Shown piece after piece: positions 32,660 through 34,777 of a DNA stretch of 34,777 nucleotides (its first letter is position 1; each line of letters starts with the position of its first letter). Origin of the DNA: Clostridia bacterium (GTDB lineage Bacteria > Bacillota > Clostridia > Oscillospirales > Acutalibacteraceae); assembly GCA_017442445.1 (NCBI GenBank), contig JAFRZS010000042.1, positions 1 through 34,777 on the forward strand, written 5' to 3'. A program made the translations under genes and the position numbers. The notes beneath the pieces are model-generated. The model worked only from the letters and a program-made list of their open reading frames with translations, made no database searches and was not told the DNA's origin.

Positions 32660-33907
32660 TTACTTTCTGATTTGTCCGTTACCGATAATTGTATATTTGT
32701 AGCTTACGAGCGTATCAATCCCCAAAGGTCCTCTTGCGTGAAGCTTCTGAGTGGAAATTCCGATTTCTGCACCGTAGCCGAATTCACCGCCGTCTGTGAA
32801 GCGGGTGGAAACATTGACATAAACCGCTGCAGAATCAACCTCTTTAATGAATTTCTGTGAAGCTTCAAGATTATTTGTTATTATACATTCGCTGTGACGG
32901 GTAGAATATTTTGAAATATGGTCAATAGCTTCATCAATACTGTCAACAGTTTTGATTGAAATTTTATAATCAAGATATTCTGTTGCCCAATCATTTTCTG
33001 TTGCGGGAATTGCATCGGGAAGAATTGCACACACAATTTCATCACCGTGAATTTCAACATTCTTTTCTTCAAGCTTTTTTGCAACAGCGATCAACGCAAT
33101 TTCTGCGATATCCTTGTGTATAAGCACACTCTCACAAGCGTTACATACGGAAGGTCTTGAAGTTTTAGCGTTGAAAATAATTTCTGCCGCCATGTCAATA
33201 TCGGCATCTTTATCAATGTATGTATGACAGTTACCGCTTCCTGTTTCGATGACGGGAACTGTTGAATTTTCAACAACTGTGCGGATAAGTCCCGCACCGC
33301 CTCTGGGGATAAGCACATCAACATATTCGTTGAGTGTCATAAGCCCTCTTGCGCTGTCCCTTGAGGTGTCTTCGATAAGCTGTATGCAATCAGCGGGAAG
33401 ACCTGCTTTTTCAACAGCATTTCTCATGACTTCAACAATAGCTATGTTTGAATTTATTGCTTCTTTACCGCCGCGGAGAATAACTGTGTTACCTGCTTTA
33501 AGACAAAGCACAGCGGCATCGGATGTAACATTCGGTCTTGCTTCAAAAATTACAGCAATAACACCTAAAGGCACTGTGATTTTTGTAACGGTCATTCCGT
33601 TTTTGTTGACACCGCCGTCAAGCACTTTGCCGACGGGATCATTCATAGCGGCAACCTCCATAGCTCCCTGAGCCATTCCCTTGATTCTTTCGGGAGTAAG
33701 TGCAAGGCGGTCTAAAAGTGAATCCGAAAGACCGTTGTTCTTTCCGTTTTCCAAGTCAATTTTATTGCTTTCAATAATTTTATCCGTGTTTTTAATAAGC
33801 TCATCGGCAATAGATTCAATAGCCGAAGTTTTCTGAGCAGCATCTGCTTTTGCTAAAAATCTTTCAGCTGCCTTTGCTTTTTTTCCGATTTGTTCAAGTG
33901 TCATCAT
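32660..33907 (-). CDS. proA: glutamate-5-semialdehyde dehydrogenase (gamma-glutamyl phosphate reductase)
   Basis: ProA-typical blocks: VIFEARPNVT, ILRGGKEA, catalytic Cys region TSRPSVCNACE, HSECIIT. Its ATG overlaps the proB stop (TAATG). Confidence 0.95.
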   Translation of the reverse strand: MMTLEQIGKKAKAAERFLAKADAAQKTSAIESIADELIKNTDKIIESNKIDLENGKNNGLSDSLLDRLALTPERIKGMAQGAMEVAAMNDPVGKVLDGGVNKNGMTVTKITVPLGVIAVIFEARPNVTSDAAVLCLKAGNTVILRGGKEAINSNIAIVEVMRNAVEKAGLPADCIQLIEDTSRDSARGLMTLNEYVDVLIPRGGAGLIRTVVENSTVPVIETGSGNCHTYIDKDADIDMAAEIIFNAKTSRPSVCNACESVLIHKDIAEIALIAVAKKLEEKNVEIHGDEIVCAILPDAIPATENDWATEYLDYKISIKTVDSIDEAIDHISKYSTRHSECIITNNLEASQKFIKEVDSAAVYVNVSTRFTDGGEFGYGAEIGISTQKLHARGPLGIDTLVSYKYTIIGNGQIRK

Positions 33908-34695
33908 TATTTTTTCCCCTTAAAGAAAGTTCCGACCTGATGTCCGTCAAGTAAATCATAAATGTGTTCAGGTTGTTCACCGTTCATAATAATTGTATCA
34001 ATTCCGGCACCGCAGGCAATTTCTGCCGCGTGAATTTTTGTAGTCATTCCGCCTGTGCCGAATTTTGTACCGCTTCCGCCTGCGATAGAATATATGTAAT
34101 CATCAATTTCATTTACCATAGGAATGATTCTTGCATCTTCGTTTTCTCTCGGATCTTCATCGTAAAGTCCGTCAATATCAGAAAGAATAATCAGCGCATC
34201 GGCATTAACAAGTTTTGCAACAACTGCTGAGAGAGAGTCGTTATCACCGAATTCAATTTCTTCAACTGCGACAGCATCGTTTTCGTTTACAACGGGAATT
34301 GCATCAAATTCAAAAAGCTTTTCAAACGAGTTTTCAAGGTTATGTTTTCTTTCTTCAACATCAACATCGCTCCTGGTAATAAGAAGCTGACCGATTGTGT
34401 GACCGTATTCCGAAAAAAGTTTGTCATATAAAAACATCAGTTCGCACTGACCTACAGTGGCTGCCGCCTGGCGTCCGGGAATGTCAGCAGGTTTTTGTCT
34501 GAGATTAAGTTTTCCCACACCGATGCCGATTGCACCTGATGTTACAAGGATAATTTCCTTACCTGAATTTTTTAAGTCTGAATGAACCTTTACAAGCTTT
34601 CCGATGCGTCGGATATTTGTTTTTCCGTTAGGATAAGTAAGAGTTGATGTTCCGACTTTAAAAACAAATCTTTTTGCATTTGCTGAAATAGCCAC
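33907..34695 (-). CDS. proB: glutamate 5-kinase, short form without PUA domain
   Basis: Amino-acid kinase blocks: FVFKVGTSTLT, ILVTSGAIGIG, NDAVAV, DNDSLSA, GTGGMTTK. Start set to GTG 34695 with AGAGGTG 7 nt upstream. The track ATG at 34731 lies inside the predicted -10 box. Confidence 0.9.
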   Translation of the reverse strand: MAISANAKRFVFKVGTSTLTYPNGKTNIRRIGKLVKVHSDLKNSGKEIILVTSGAIGIGVGKLNLRQKPADIPGRQAAATVGQCELMFLYDKLFSEYGHTIGQLLITRSDVDVEERKHNLENSFEKLFEFDAIPVVNENDAVAVEEIEFGDNDSLSAVVAKLVNADALIILSDIDGLYDEDPRENEDARIIPMVNEIDDYIYSIAGGSGTKFGTGGMTTKIHAAEIACGAGIDTIIMNGEQPEHIYDLLDGHQVGTFFKGKK

Positions 34696-34729
34696 TGAAT
34701 TACACCTCTGTTTTAATAGTATATCAAAC

Positions 34730-34738
34730 ATTGTAACA
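34730..34738 (-). promoter_or_regulatory. extended -10 element upstream of proB
   Basis: On the minus strand: TGt-TACAAT. The -35 is poor, and the window ends 39 nt further upstream. Confidence 0.35.
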
Positions 34739-34777
34739 CATACAGAATGAAAAATAAAGTTAAATTTTACCCAAAAA

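Noticed and set aside
34696-34777. T-box or attenuator leader upstream of proB
   Set aside because: The predicted extended -10 lies only about 35 nt from the GTG start, which leaves no room for a T-box. The window also ends at 34777, so anything further upstream cannot be assessed.
1-34777. Mobile elements, prophage, CRISPR-Cas, restriction-modification or other known defence genes
   Set aside because: I scanned all ORFs of 60 aa or more on both strands. None shows transposase DDE, integrase, recombinase, Cas, methyltransferase, nuclease or ATPase (Walker A) signatures, and no long terminal or direct repeats flank any block.

Overview
AT-rich (about 35-40% G+C by eye) chromosomal segment from a low-GC Firmicute. 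It is probably a Clostridia / Ruminococcus-like fibre or glycan degrader. The clues are GGAGG-type RBSs, many TGn-extended -10 promoters, A/T-tract bidirectional terminators and a secreted esterase with a C-terminal dockerin. I can support 27 protein genes, one of them a 51-aa gene absent from the ORF track. I found no rRNA, tRNA, CRISPR array, transposase, integrase or phage genes. Left to right: (i) 0.4-7.0 kb holds two Gfo/Idh/MocA oxidoreductases, a cytoplasmic BNR/sialidase-fold protein, a secreted metallophosphoesterase and a 625-aa orphan. (ii) 7.2-9.6 kb holds an acidic EF-hand miniprotein, a Thr-rich coiled-coil lipoprotein and an NSS transporter. (iii) 9.7-16.1 kb holds a dockerin-bearing SASA-type O-acetylesterase, a GH2, an M14 carboxypeptidase-like protein and an SGNH hydrolase. 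(iv) 16.4-27.1 kb holds an MFS permease divergent from a roughly 9-kb array of tightly spaced genes: an orphan helical protein, three tandem CocE/NonD hydrolase paralogs, a GHL6-type orphan glycosidase and a GH3. (v) 27.1-34.7 kb is housekeeping (pncB, XRE regulator, HAD-IIA phosphatase, AbrB-like regulator, uxaC, membrane protein, proA, proB). The best candidate for an undescribed system is block (iv), a cytoplasmic triple acyl/aminoacyl-esterase plus glycosidase operon with no characterised precedent that I know of. The second candidate is the orphan-plus-oxidoreductase operon at 4.0-7.0 kb. All functional calls come from motif recognition by eye; no database search was possible.
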